64,000 nt of DNA from Haliotis cracherodii. Its lineage: Eukaryota. Under the pieces are notes generated by a model that saw only the letters and a program-made list of their open reading frames with translations, made no database searches and was not told the origin of the DNA. Location of the stretch: the NCBI RefSeq assembly GCF_022045235.1, contig NW_027266319.1:27404001-27468000 (forward strand). The letters run 5' to 3'. Positions 49,771 to 63,050 of this stretch are shown piece after piece; within the stretch, counting starts at the first letter, position 1, and every line of letters starts with the position of its first letter. Made by a program: the position numbers and the translations under genes.

Positions 49771-51944
49771 TGAACACGACCTATTGGAGTAGATTTTACT
49801 TTTTGTTGATCAGACATCTCAGCGTGTATATCGCTTTTGAGCATAAGTTCTATTGAGGTCAGTATCACTTTGTTTGATCTGTTCGTAAAATTGGCCTCTC
49901 GGTTTCCTCTGACAGAAGGCTTTGACATGATACCTTTGTCTATGGTGAGGCATGTACATTTGTAAGACTAATTGCTCAGCAGAACGTATTCTAAGCTACA
50001 AGGAGAAGTAGACATCAATAATCAATATCCCTGCCCTCTTCTGTCGGATACTGCTGCTGCCGGATACTGCTGCTGCCGGGTCGGCGGCAAGTCCGTCTCC
50101 TCCTGTTAGACCCATCACCAGTTCGTGTAATATCTGTATCGACTGATAACCTGAAAAAAAGAATAATTCAAAATTGGAAGGAAACAGCGTTTCGGAAGAA
50201 ATAGCAATTTCCATTAAATGATAGCGTGAGACGTGGCAGTAAATGCGTCTCAAATAATAAATATTCCATTTTGCAGAATTATTTTACCCAGTGCTCGGTG
50301 AAATTTCAACCCAAAGTTTGGAATCGGCGTTTTTCAACTATTTGTCCTGCGTTATGATTAATCAGCTCATTCAATCATCCGTAATGACGCGCACTCGTTC
50401 TTGAAGTTGCCTCGCACAGTGCATCGTTTATAAGCCTCTCTAAAATGTCCCACCAAAATATGTTTCAGTATCATTCACCGTGTGGTGATCACCTCTTATC
50501 AACAAACTCCGCAATGCTTTACCCTCAGATGCTTTCAGCAGCTTAAGTGTGTTTATTGCATCAATAAAACGGTACTCCTTGAGTTGCATCGTAAGGAGAA
50601 TATGTAGATATGCAGCCTTATTACTAAGATCCCCGACATTTGATGGATTCTGTTTCCGAAGAGATTTCGCATTATGACATATATTTCCATTTTACGATCT
50701 GTCACCAACTCCCCGGCGTGGTACTTACAGAAATGCTGATTCTGCTATTTTCCAATGTTAATGATACGCCCACGTTGAGCCAAATCCAGCCGTAAATGAC
50801 ACTTAACAGTCCGATAACTAATTCCTCCTCCAGATGTCTCACAGTCAGTTGGCATCACTATTTGGTCATATTGGAAAAAATAGGTTATAATGATGATGTG
50901 AATCTGATGCCCAACCAAAGCACAGCTGACTAAACCTTTAAACACATGTTAAATACAGATAAAAGATATTTTTAAAATCGTAACAGCATGTTTGAGGCTG
51001 ATAAGGAACGGACTGAACTGTAATTTTTAAACTATTTATTGGCTTAAGTAACGTTTGTTCTTAACACTCGACAAGAAACGTAGCCTTCGAGACAGCCATG
51101 TGATGATATCGTGAAACACTCCGTCACAGGCAGAGAAGGTGGACCTTGTGTCAACTTTTTAAAGATGCTATCATACAAGTAACCAAGAAAATGTCGAAAC
51201 AAGTGCGAGCAGCGGAGACTAAAAACAAGTTAAAAGTGTTATTTCACCCTGAATTGTTGACATTCACCGTTGTGCGAATCAACAAATTATATTTCATTCT
51301 GTCTCCAGATAGTTCGGTTTTCCTCCAAGAAGGATTGATAACGACATACACATAACATTTGTAAAGCAGCCAAAATCGGATTACCAGAAACAAGGACACG
51401 AAAGAAAAGAGCTAGCAGACTTCCAGGAATATAAAGTGCCGCCAGAAAAGATCAATAAGGTCAAACATCAAACAGTATGCATGCATCTGTAAATGGGTGG
51501 GTGGGGTTGGGTTTGGGGGTGGTGGGGGTTACTCCAGGCTTCCATGCCAATGAATCTGAAGACAGACCTTACTCGCGTCTTTGTTAAACTACATTTCATA
51601 TCACTTTTGGACCTACAACAAAGGTCATTATTTTTTATTCCATTGTAACGGATGGCCCGTGCATCCGTAGGCGTGCCAGAATCCAAAGAATGATGCTGGG
51701 TTCAAATCGGGCCACAATAATTATGATTTCTGGTCATGCCCGTTGGTTTCGCCAACGTGGTAAACGTCTAAGGCCTGTACCACTCCGGGCTTTGCTCCCA
51801 CAACTGATTCGCCGTGATATGAGTCAACCATGTAACGTTTATATATCGAGAATGTCAAGAGCTACGCGATGTCTGTGTTCTTTATTCTATTCGATATTTT
51901 TATTCTATTCGATATTTTTTCCCCGTGGTGCTCTTTTCCTCACT

Positions 51945-52314
51945 GGACCTCCTCCGTGTTCTAGTGGTCGAGCGTTTTCCCGGAGAGCGGAAGGTCCGGG
52001 GTTCGATCCCCGGCCGCATCGTACCAAAAACGTTAAAAGATGATACTTGTTACCCTGTCTGGTGCACGGCCTTAAGGGGGTGATCTAAGGACTGGTCGGC
52101 TCTGAGTCAGTATGCTGTATCAGAGTGGGGTATTCATGTTAAACTGCGGCATCGTATCGCAGTGTGCTAGCACTATAAATTGGCATCAGTCCGGACTAAT
52201 ACAAGAAGCTACATGCACGCACGCACGCACGCACGCACGCGCGCACATGCACGTCGCTATATAAGTGCAAAAGTCTTAGGACGCGGCGTTAAACCCCATT
52301 TCACGTCCACCCAC
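51945..52314 (+). mobile_element. Family D SINE (Meta-like), full length
   Basis: tRNA head GGTTCGATCCCCGG, Meta-like body, internal (GCAC)n, tail GCGGCGTTAAAC; approximate TSD CTTT(T/G)CCTCACT. Confidence 0.85.
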
Positions 52315-52594
52315 CTTTGCCTCACTCTTCAGATGCATGTCCGTCAACCCATCTCACTCTCTTTATCGTGTCTCTGTTAATATACATTTCCATATGTGTT
52401 TATCCAAGAAGCGGACGTAGGGAGGTAATGTTTACCTTAACAATAGCTACGGATTGGTTTCCATGGACACACTCAAAGTGTATATTCTAATCAAAATAAG
52501 CTAAAGAACTCCTGCTTTTTTCACATGACTATAGTTGATGACATGACAGATGGGTATTTCAGCCTTCCAGTTGTGGGTGTTCTTTAAGTTGTTT

Positions 52595-52738
52595 TGAGTA
52601 TTGATTTTACGTCGCTTTTAGCAATATTCCAGCAATATCACGGCGGGGACTTCACACGTTGTACCCATGTCGGGAATCGAACCCGGGTCTTCGGCGTGAC
52701 GAGCGAACGCTTTAACCACTCGGCTGCCCGACCGTCCC
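52595..52738 (-). mobile_element. Family A SINE with internal deletion
   Basis: GCAATATTCCAGCAATATCACGGCGGGGAC..GGGAATCGAACCCGGGTCTTCGGCGTGACGAGCG. Confidence 0.9.
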
Positions 52739-52816
52739 ATCAAGTCTTTGAAAGGCATTTAGAAGTGATACACTTAAGGAACGGAATTTATGGATGTCAA
52801 TTTCTTTATTATGAGG

Positions 52817-52860
52817 AACACAACGTTTCGGAGAATATACTTACTCCTTCATCAGGTGAA
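52817..52860 (-). ncRNA. Minimal type-I hammerhead ribozyme in a Penelope-like pLTR remnant (about 52740-52870)
   Basis: Minus strand CAC-CUGAUGA-A-GGAG(UAAGUAUAUU)CUCC-GAAA-CGUU-GUG followed by AAUAAA: intact core, stem II GGAG/CUCC, palindromic stem III ACGU, stem I CAC/GUG. Confidence 0.75.
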
Positions 52861-52906
52861 TGAATGCTATCAGGCAAAGAACATGTAGCGGTATCTGTAG
52901 CAGAAA

Positions 52907-53125
52907 TGAGTGAGTGAGTGAGTTTGTTTTAACGCCGCTTTTAACAGTATTCCAGTTATATCACGGCGTGTCAGCTTAATGTGGGAGGAAAGCCCGAAGT
53001 GATGCAGGTCTCAGACGTTTTCCACTTCGGTGAAACCCATGATCACGGGTATGGTGCTGACAAACCTAGAAACATAATCGGGGCGAATCGGGATTCGAAC
53101 CCTCATAGGTTTCTGGCGTTCCCAA
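52907..53125 (-). mobile_element. Family C SINE, 5' truncated
   Basis: Near-consensus body and (ACTC)n tail. Confidence 0.92.
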
Positions 53126-55619
53126 GTTATCCCCCCTACTGATCTTATATAAAATAAATAATAACTCACTCACTCACGTTTATTGTCAGATAGATATGTA
53201 GTAATAATTGAAGCTGCTTGAAGAATGGGCATAATTATTTTTGTTAGTGATGGGAATCGAACCCAGAACCTGTTCGTCATAAGTGGACACCTTATCAATC
53301 GTGCTACTTTTCATCCACGCATATACACAGCATTTTGTTTGTGAAAACACACACAGCGTTCCATTTGAAAAGCCAATCACGGAACAACCGCCCTCCACAA
53401 AGTTCTATCACAAATGAGAGCAGAACCGCGATCCATTACTTCAAAGTGTTCTACCATACAGAACTCGTCAATACCAACTGGGCAAACTGATCATTATAAT
53501 GACATACCGTTCAACCTCTTATTGACATACGGCATTTGTCGACAGTTGTTTGAGCACATGCACATGCATATCGTGCACAGTGAGCTACACATGCGCATAT
53601 TGATTACTTGTCTACTTGTAGCAACGTGTGCAGCAAACATGGACGACTCCATCAGGAGTACAGGCGCTACAGAACGACGGCACCAGCAGTGCTCGGCTCA
53701 TTTGTGGAGTATATTGCCTCTGTGGGTAGCGAGGTGGAATTTATCACCACCGTCTCTACGCGTTGTTTCCGAATTTAAATCAGCTGATCAATAAAAAGAT
53801 AAACATACATTTGTGCATTTTATGTTAAAACATAAAATGTGTGTATTATAATGTGATTTGTCATAACTTGTTTTTTAAGGAAAGGCGTCAGGGATGAGGT
53901 CTATCTTTGGTGCTTGTTCATGATCAGAGGGACCTTTGGCAAAATATAATTATTTTACAGCTTAGCATTAAGACGTATTTGAATATTGAAATTGTTATTG
54001 GAATGAATTTGATCGCATTTGGCTGCCTTAGTTGCTAAAACTCTTAATTTCTTAATTAGTGAAATGGAACAAATTGTCTCTCTCGCCGGCCTCTCTCTCG
54101 CCATCTCATACTTTTTGACTTCCAACAAGACGCTAAACGAATATACACGCTCAAGCCTTTGAGCGCCTCTTGATCAATATTTCATCATTAGCTTCAAACG
54201 GCCTGTTCCACAAAATTCCTTCTTCAAGTAATTGTTGCAGCACCTCGCCGCTTGCGGGACGTCATTCACTCAGGAGATCAGTCAGTCTGGGTTCGAATCC
54301 CATGTTGTGTGGCCAGGGGATATACAGGGACTAAGTGGTGTAATTTCGGTGGTGGGGGAGGCGTGGAAGTCGTGTGTTGGTTGCCGAATTGGGGATTTGG
54401 GTGCACGTAAACACGATAGGGTCTGCGTTCATTGCAGACAGCAGTTCCATATAACTGGTTTTGTCCATAAGTCAGGCGTGTTGAGATGCTGTGTCTGTCT
54501 TGATTCTATAGATAAGATATGATAAGATAAAATGAATTGCAGAAACATTCCATTACGGAACAGATGCCATTTTTTAAATGACAAAACATTATGATTCATA
54601 TATACATGTATGCAGACATACATACATACATACATACATACATACATACATACATACATTCCTGTTAACACAAAAACCAATTGACATTTTGTGTGGCTAA
54701 GAGTATACTTCTGTCTTGGGTGTGTTTGGTACAGTGAAGTAGGTAGTGTTTTTCATCATCAGTGGTTGAACTTGTGGAGCTCACCAAGCAGGTCCAGGAA
54801 CAATCTACCCATTGTCACAAAAACAGAAGGGCTGTTAGTGAAAATAGGGTTTATCATATCTGCATGGTGCATGTATTAGATTTTTACCACTTTGTTGAAA
54901 TGTTGAGAACGAATATCATGCTGCTGTGTGTTGATGATAAATGTTGCACCTTCCAAGTATCTGTATATATGACCTTTGGAAATAATGCAAAGTTCCATGG
55001 ATGATGGAGAATAGTTATATAAGGCATAGGTTGTCTTGGCAAAATGCATTGCTACACTTCCAGGATGCCTTCAGCGCCCATGGACTCATTTCATATGCTA
55101 TAGGCATAAACTGGACAATTCCCTGTGGACACACAACAGTGATATCGATGTATGCGACGCTGTCCTGATACTTAGTGGTCCCTAGTGACCAAGAAATCTG
55201 TGACCCCGTATGTAAGAGGTAGTGGTCAATACTGTCTATATTGGAGTCACGACGTCTGACGCCTGTTATCGGTACTTTCTGACTGGTCAGTGGAGCGATG
55301 ACTCTGGCTTGAACCCTGCATCCAGGAGCGTTCCCCAGGGTCCGGCTAATGTGATGCCATCGTGTTCTCTGCTGGCCATCTGCATGGAAAGCAGATCGTG
55401 TTTGCTGTAATCGTAAAGGCTGTTGGATATCGTTGTCAATTATTCTTCAGCGAAATTGTTTTTGATTTGCTTGAACCGTATTATGTTTGTTGTTCCCTAC
55501 AATGATGCTTGAAGCGTCGCATCTGACGATTCTTGTCATATTGTGTATGAAATTCGATTGATGTTCAAGGTTGGTTGGTGTTGAAAAGGGTTAGGTTAAC
55601 TGAAAGTGACGATACCCAT

Positions 55620-56010
55620 CAAGCCCCGACTCAGACCCAACCGCCACCTTATTCCCACCCCACCGCTAACGAACCCCGCTTCCACCCCAGCCCCAACCCT
55701 ATCGCAGCCACACCCCGAATCCCATCCTTACTAACACCCAGACTACCACCGCATTCCCACCCCACCTCATCCCCACTCCCAATCCCACCCTCACTCACAC
55801 CACCACGGCATTTCCACGACACCTCATCCCCACCCCACTCCCAGCCCAACCCAAACTCACACCCACACTACCACCGCATTCCCACCCCACCTTATCCCCA
55901 TCCCACCCCATTCTCATCCCCATCCCACTCACAGTCCCACCCTGACTCACACGCTCCACACCACACACATCCCCACCCCACCGCCTACCCAACGCCCACC
56001 CAAGGCCCTA
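55620..56010. repeat. C-rich low-complexity tract
   Basis: Degenerate CCCAC/CCCATC repeats. Confidence 0.85.
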
Positions 56011-56849
56011 CTTCCACAGCCACGTACGTGTCTAGAGGCTGAGGATGTGCTCCCCCACTCCTGTGTGGTATTCACCGATACACGATGCACGGGCGGGAGA
56101 CTTGTGTGTTTCGTTCACATGCCTTGTCTTCGTATCTTCCAACTGGAATTTCACTATCTCCGCTTCACTTCTATGAGCACCGACATAGCAGGTTTTTGCT
56201 CCATACCAATTCCAGAGCCGCCAACGCAACAGAAAAGATAGCACCAATGGACATTGCATAGTTCCATTATTCACCACAACAACTGACATATCCCACGATG
56301 TTATATTTCCCCAATGACATCGATATTTGTTCTTTCTCATTGTTTATGCATGGCACAATGTAACAATCCCACTCCATCACACCGCTACAACAGTTAACAC
56401 TAGAGACATTGTAAGAATTCATAGATACATGATAACCGCCCGACAGGACGACTGCTTTATTCTCAATACCGACAGTTTTTTATGCAGCGTATCTACTATA
56501 ACAATAACCAAGATCTTCGCACAATGTGCCATATTGCAAAGAGCCTGTGTAATTCTTCTGTAAGCCATTTTCTGTCACTTCAAACTTTGAACACAGACAC
56601 TTAGCTCTTATATTCACTCTACGTGTATCCTCATCCTGCAACCGCTTCCTTTTACCATCCTCGTGTACCCCCTTCCATGACCGGTCCCCTGTACCCCATC
56701 GTACCCAACTTTCTTCACCGGTCCCCATGTACCCCCGGATTACCCCTTCCTTTACCCATCGACCTGTACCTTCCTTTACCCGCCCTCTATATGTACTCCC
56801 AGCCGGTACCCCTTCTGTGGACTCATCCGCGTGTACCCCGGTCCCCTCC

Positions 56850-57845
56850 GCGCCGTTCCCTGCCCGACTGCAAGCAGCCCAAGGATTGTCCTCCCCGGCC
56901 CCATCCACACATACCCCCTGCCCCCTACACACACATCGTTCCCTTTCCCGATTTCAGGCAACCCGTGATTGTCCATCCCTGCCCCCTCCAAATATACCCC
57001 CTGCCCCCTCCACATATGCCACAGCCCCCTCCACATTTACCCCAGCCCCATCCACATATACCCCTGCCCCCTCCACATATACCCCTGCCCCTCCACATAT
57101 ACCCCAGCCCCATCCACATATACCCATGCCCCCTCCACATATACCCCTGCCCCCTCCACATATACCCCTGCCCCCTCCACATATACCCAAGCCCCTCCAC
57201 ATATACCCCAGCCCCCTCCACATATACCCCAGCCTCCTCCACATATACCCCAGCCCCTCCACATATACCCCAGCCCCCTCCACATATACCCCCAGCCCCC
57301 TCCACATATACCCCAGCCCCCTCCACATATACCCCTGCCCCCTCCACATATACCCCTGCCCCCTCCACATATACCCCAGCCCCCTCCACATTTACCTCAG
57401 CCCCTCCACATATACCCCTGTCTCCTCCATATATACCCCAGCCCCCTCCAAATATACCCCTGCCCCCTCCACATATACCCCAGCCCCTTCCACATATACC
57501 CCTGTCCCCTTCACATATACCCCCAGCCCCCTCCACATATACCCCCAGCCCCCTCCACATATACCCCAGCCCCCTCCACATATACCCCAGCCCCCTCCAC
57601 ATATACCCCCAGCCCCCTCCACATATACCCCCAGCCCCCTCCACATATACCCCCAGCCCCCTCCACATATACCCCAGCCCCCTCCACATATACCCCAGCC
57701 CCCTCCACATATACCCCCAGCCCCCTCCACATATACCCCCTGCCCCATCCACATATACCCCCAGCCCCCTCCACATATACCCCTGCCCCCTCCACATACA
57801 CCGTTCCCTGTCCCGACTACAAGCAACCTGTGGATGGTCCATCAC
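56850..57845. repeat. 20/21-bp C-rich minisatellite CCCTCCACATATACCCC(A/T)GCC, about 40 copies, inside a larger repeat unit
   Basis: Direct periodicity; produces the spurious 290-420 aa Pro/Gly-rich ORFs. Confidence 0.97.
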
Positions 57846-58025
57846 CATGAGTCACAGCGCTAGGACAATGCCAGCAGGCAGCGGAAGGTAGAGGCTGATC
57901 TACATAATCAACAGTGCGCTGGCAGCGCCATCGTCCTCCGCGCTACTACTACCACGATCAATGGACGAAGGAAGGCGGCTTCTGTGAGCCACTGCCGGCT
58001 AGCCCACCATCAGGCAGGCGGAGAC

Positions 58026-58134
58026 ATGAGTGCTTGTTCTATATTATATAACGTGGAGCGGTTCCTGTGTGCCAAGCCGTTCTGGGATAGAGATCCTACA
58101 CATGTTTTAGAAGGACACGGCACGGATGATTTAG
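58026..58134 (+). CDS. Possible further alternative first coding exon 1c (MSACSILYNVERFLCAKPFWDRDPTHVLEGHGTDDL + phase-1 intron)
   Basis: GACATGA start, 109 nt, AG|GTATTT donor followed by T-rich DNA; GC-rich unique upstream DNA; donor is weaker than in 1a/1b. Confidence 0.3.
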
Positions 58135-60921
58135 GTATTTCTTTCTTTTTACTTCAATTGTATCGGAATCTGTACATCTGGTAATGGGTCATACGTAGTG
58201 ACCGGCTTCGGATGCCTGTCGCTATTATTTCCTATTGATCTGTTTCGTCTCTAAAGGTGGTTGTAAGTATTACACGTTTCTCATGTTTCATGTGTGGACT
58301 GACACGTTGGTTCTGAATTGAAGACAAACTGACCAATGGTCAGTAATATGTTCAATATGGCGGACGTGGTATCTATAGTTGGAGAGGCTTATGCCACTTG
58401 ACCAAGGGTCACCAGTGACGTGGGTGTTGCTTCAGAACCCTGGAGTCGGCGTCTTGTCATACATTAATGTAATGTACGATATTATTGAAGCCCATGTCTT
58501 CTCGAATGCAAAAGAAAGAGGGTGTTAACATAACAAGGGTATGCAGAAACGTGTGTATTGCATGTGGATTCTTGTACATTGCATTGGGTGCCTTCTTGAT
58601 TTCAAACAGCGACCATCAGCGTCAGCAATTTCCCTAACGGGAACATTGTTGATTTCAGTATATTTGCATGAATATGCCATTACGTAAAATGAACTTAGTG
58701 TTCTATATGCACGTCGCGAACCTGTGGCTTTTATTGATTGGTTTTCCTGTTTCTTTCCTCGCACAATTCCCACGTGATTAAGTATTCTGAAATTTAATTT
58801 ACATACTGCTTAAATGTTCCCATTGAATTATTTGGTTTACGCGTAATTTTAGACTGTTTGATTCTGCATGGTAAGCTAATAAATGTAAGATCAATATGAA
58901 TCAAACTCGTTCATTCCTTGTGTGAATAGTCATTTATCGATCATGTATACTGCAAAGCCACGTGGTTGAACCGCACAGTGGGTGTCAGTCATTTGTGCGA
59001 ATGCCAGTTACGTGTAGTCGATTGTCTTCAACGCTAGTTTTTCCCTCGGGACGCATCACTCTCACATCATCATCCTGCGCCTCTGACCATGGCATCGAAG
59101 ACGAAATATAGTCCCCGCGGATGAATATTTCATTTTGTATATCCCAGAATCTGCATAGCAACAATCAGTTGGATCCAAGGTCAAATGATGATGAGATTAA
59201 CACTCCAGTATCATTAAGACATTTATTGCGGATGATTTCTGAAATGATACACCTTATGGTGCAATTGCTTCCAGGAGCTTGAATTTCAAGGCTATCATGC
59301 TACAGTTTGTTGATCATTTGAGAAGCGATTCAAAGAAAAGGCAGCTCAAACGCTTATTGAACCTCAAATCCAATCCCCTTCACCTGAACTGTTAATTTCA
59401 TTATCATGGGATTTAATTAAGTTTGGAAGATAATTGCCATATAATCATATTAACTGAAAAAAGACTTCATAACCAAAACGTTTCGATTCAGCATCAAAGA
59501 AAAAGAACCACGCCATCAAAGAAAATTGTATTAATTAATTAACTGACATTAAATAAAGCTATATCGACTTATTGTAATATCAATTTTGATATTATTTCCC
59601 TTACCGATCTTGTATTATTGGTGGGGATTTACTTCATTACGAAAATCTGTTTTGTTTAACTTATTTTGTGCCCCTTGACTGAAAACACTTACGGATTAAC
59701 AGCGGCCATATGGAACCGATGTTAGAAAATTAAGAATGTTCCTGCAGATTGAACAGCCTACTGCAAACGGGTAATATTTTTTATCCTTGTTTGAATCATT
59801 TCCATCGATTGTGCTTGAAATTCCAATTGCATTATTGCACGTGTAGTGAGATGTAATTGAAAATATCGAACTTAGCAGCGGGCATGTAATATTTAACAGC
59901 TTGTGTACACCCAAACAAGGTTCACGTGCTTAATGGCAAACGGGGCATGTATGTTGGTTTAATTATAGCTTGGATTAGGATTTAAATCAACAAAAACCTG
60001 CTCTGGTTGTGACAATGGGAAATTTAGTCTCCTTGTTAGTTTATATTGCTATGCTTCCTGATCGCGGGAGGCAAGTTGACGCAGAATAATTGGGACAACT
60101 GAATAGCATCCCAGAGCCTACGTCGCATGCGAGTACGTTAACACTGAATTAGGTCAAGTCATTTTAAACACATCTTACTTCCCACGCTCTGAATCAAAGA
60201 TGCAGTGAAAAACATGTAAACAATTTGCAAGATATCAGATTTACAACCTCCAACATCAACATCCAGGATATTTTGTTCATCGTTACGTGTTGAATATTTT
60301 GCCATTACGTGATGGTTCCACTGAGAATGAATTACAAATGATGTTCACATGCGATATTGTGGGTGGCATCGTTTTCTGCAATAACCACAGACCTCTTAAT
60401 GCAGTCGCCTTCTAAATTGACTCAGATTACAAACCCCCTCAATTCCACGTCGCTGCTGGGACATCGATCCTTTAAAGCGTTCATATTAATTATTTAGTCC
60501 CCCATAGTTGCGACAGACAAAGGCACGCAACAGTTCTGCGCAAGCCTTGTTGACAGTACATTTAGAGACAATGTTATCCGCCATATTATGTCATCTCGGC
60601 GCCTTCATGCTTGGATGGTGCCAGGAATATTTTGAAATGTTTTGAAAAATATGTCCCCTGAAAAGGGCCAGTGAATGGAGTGTGAATATGCTGAATAATT
60701 GATCTCCTTTAAATTCGGCCTGCACGTGCATGCTTTGAGTGAGAGTTGTCAGCGCGAGACGTTTAGTGTGCACATGAATGATTCTGTCTTTAACTGAAAC
60801 TCATCACTGAATGAAAAAAGTGTCAGTGTTCAAAAACGCCATTTGAAGTTGAATCAAAGTGAATCTTATTTCCGGATGGTCATATTTTGGTTTACAATTG
60901 TTCATAAATAGTCTTTTGCTT

Positions 60922-61059
60922 CAGTGAATGAGTGGGTATAGTTTTACGTCGCCTTCAGCACCATTCCAGCAATATGACGTGGGAAGACCATGTGGGAATC
61001 GAACCCGGGCCTTGACGTGGCGAGCGAACGCTTTAACCACTAGGCTAAACCGCCGCCCC
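60922..61059 (-). mobile_element. Family A SINE, diverged
   Basis: GGGAATCGAACCCGGGCC..GAGCGAACGCTTTAACCACTAGGCTA..CCGCCCC. Confidence 0.85.
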
Positions 61060-62454
61060 TCTTCTGCCTCAAATCCAAATGCATAATATCTACATGTTCT
61101 TTCTTGATCAGAATAATTAAAAATAAGGCACATTTAACAATTTTAGATGATAATTGTGTGAACGAGTGTGGTAAAATATTGCTGTGTTTGCTTGTGACAA
61201 CGGTTCTGGTTTAGTTCTCCATGTTGGTATTATTTATCATGTTGCCCCCGACATAGTTTTTTCGGCAAAATTACAAAATGTGGAATTAAGCTCATTTTCA
61301 TAATTTCACGAACGACATAGTATAATGTACGTGCGTTTCCAATTGTGTTTAATAAACATCAAGATTTTGCTTGAGAAGAAAAGACCCATTCTGTAATAAC
61401 CCGTGGTTATTCATGAGTTGACCTGAAATATCGACCACATAGATATCATATTCATGTAAACTTTCCAAATGTTTCTTTCTGTTATCAACGTTATTTTAAT
61501 GCCACACATTCTTTCGTGAAATGACGTACTTATTTATGTTTTAGAAGTATTGCTTGAATAATGCATCACCATAACACCTCTCAGCCCTCGCAATTTTATG
61601 AGTTAGCATCAGACACTTGAAGCTTCCATGAAAACGACTATTCGAGCTGACATTGAATATTTCTATACATATGCAATCATAATAGGTACGATGAATTGTC
61701 ATTGTGGAGACGGTCTAAGTATCCAGGCCTATCTCACAGCCTCTTTTATCAACACCAAGACTGATTGATAAAGCGCAGCGATGTATCACCAAAGTCCCGT
61801 TACTGGTCGAAATTCAATCAATGCCAGTCCAAACTCAATAAGCCTGTGGAATGTGCCAGACAACAGCCCGAGAGAGCTTCAAGCTGACTGCGCCATTGGT
61901 GCCAAATATAGAGTCAACCTTTACGTCGGTGCCGATATTGGTGGGATAGTCTATGGGGGTCTGCGAGAGCCCTCTGGGATGTAACTAGGTCACCTTAGGG
62001 AGATGAGCCATTGTTGGCAGAAACTAATTAAACTAGTGACGTATTTAGGAATATCTTTGTGGAGAATTGCATGGTGCACGCCGATGGTGCCAGTAGTGGT
62101 AGGCTAGTGCCAGTTGTGATGTCTTAGTACGCACATTAGTGTAGTGATTTCCATTTAGTACCCTAAAATCTAAATTTATAATATCATTGGAAATTATTAT
62201 CAAGTATGTCTCATATATATCCCAAGGTTCTTCAGTTCCTGCAAAATGAATAATTTCGTTGGGCACCTTTCTAATACGCTAAGAGAAAATTAAACAGATA
62301 CAATCATTAAATATGTTCATTTAGACTATTCACACTAGAAGGTGCGTCATTAACACAATTTTAATAGTTAATTTTATAACAGATGCGGTCAAACCAGATA
62401 CTGTCTAATCGACATCATGATGTACTTGATGGAGGTCGGACGACACATACCTAA

Positions 62455-63050
62455 TGCCCCCATCACAACAAACTAGTTCTCAATACGTTCGTGAAAATGT
62501 TGTCGAACGGGCTCCAACTGTGTATGAACGTAATGGACATAGTAGCAACTATTGACAGTCCATTACGAACTTCATGGACGGGCTCGAACGGGGAGGGTGC
62601 TCTAGAACTATGAGTCTGCTCAAAATTTTATCCTGTCCATCCCGTTCTGCAGTTAGTTGGATTGACAACGTACGTAACATGAGAGAGACGTATTACGAAC
62701 GGAATTGTCGTACTTCGAACCTACAAGGGACGTGTTACGACGTGATGCAGTCGGACATAAATTTCAGTACGTATGCACATCACCGGTCCGGTCCGTTTGT
62801 TGCTCGTTCATGGTGTGTACAGCTCGGAGCCCTGAACATGAATGAAGACTGGCTACAACGCGATCGTTAACCACAGGAGTCGGGCCAGGACGGGCCAGGA
62901 CGCGAATACACACGCACTAGGGACGAGATGAGGTCGTAGTGCGAACGAATTGGTCGGGTTAAGAATTAGTTAAAACTGGCTTGGACGTATAGTGAACGAG
63001 GTTGAACGAGGTTGAGATCGGCTACGGACGTGCTCGAACTGCTTCACGTG
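62455..63050. mobile_element. Decayed CpG-rich non-autonomous DNA transposon (possibly PIF/Harbinger-like)
   Basis: Dense GAACG/ACGA repeats and GCCCCATCACA..GGTGTGTACAGC terminal-like motifs; weak evidence. Confidence 0.35.

Noticed and set aside
56623-57891. 290-422 aa Pro/His/Tyr-rich and Gly-rich ORFs (extensin or shell-protein-like)
   Set aside because: Open in nearly all frames on both strands because the 20/21-bp unit lacks stops; unit lengths shift frame freely, so there is no sign of codon constraint.
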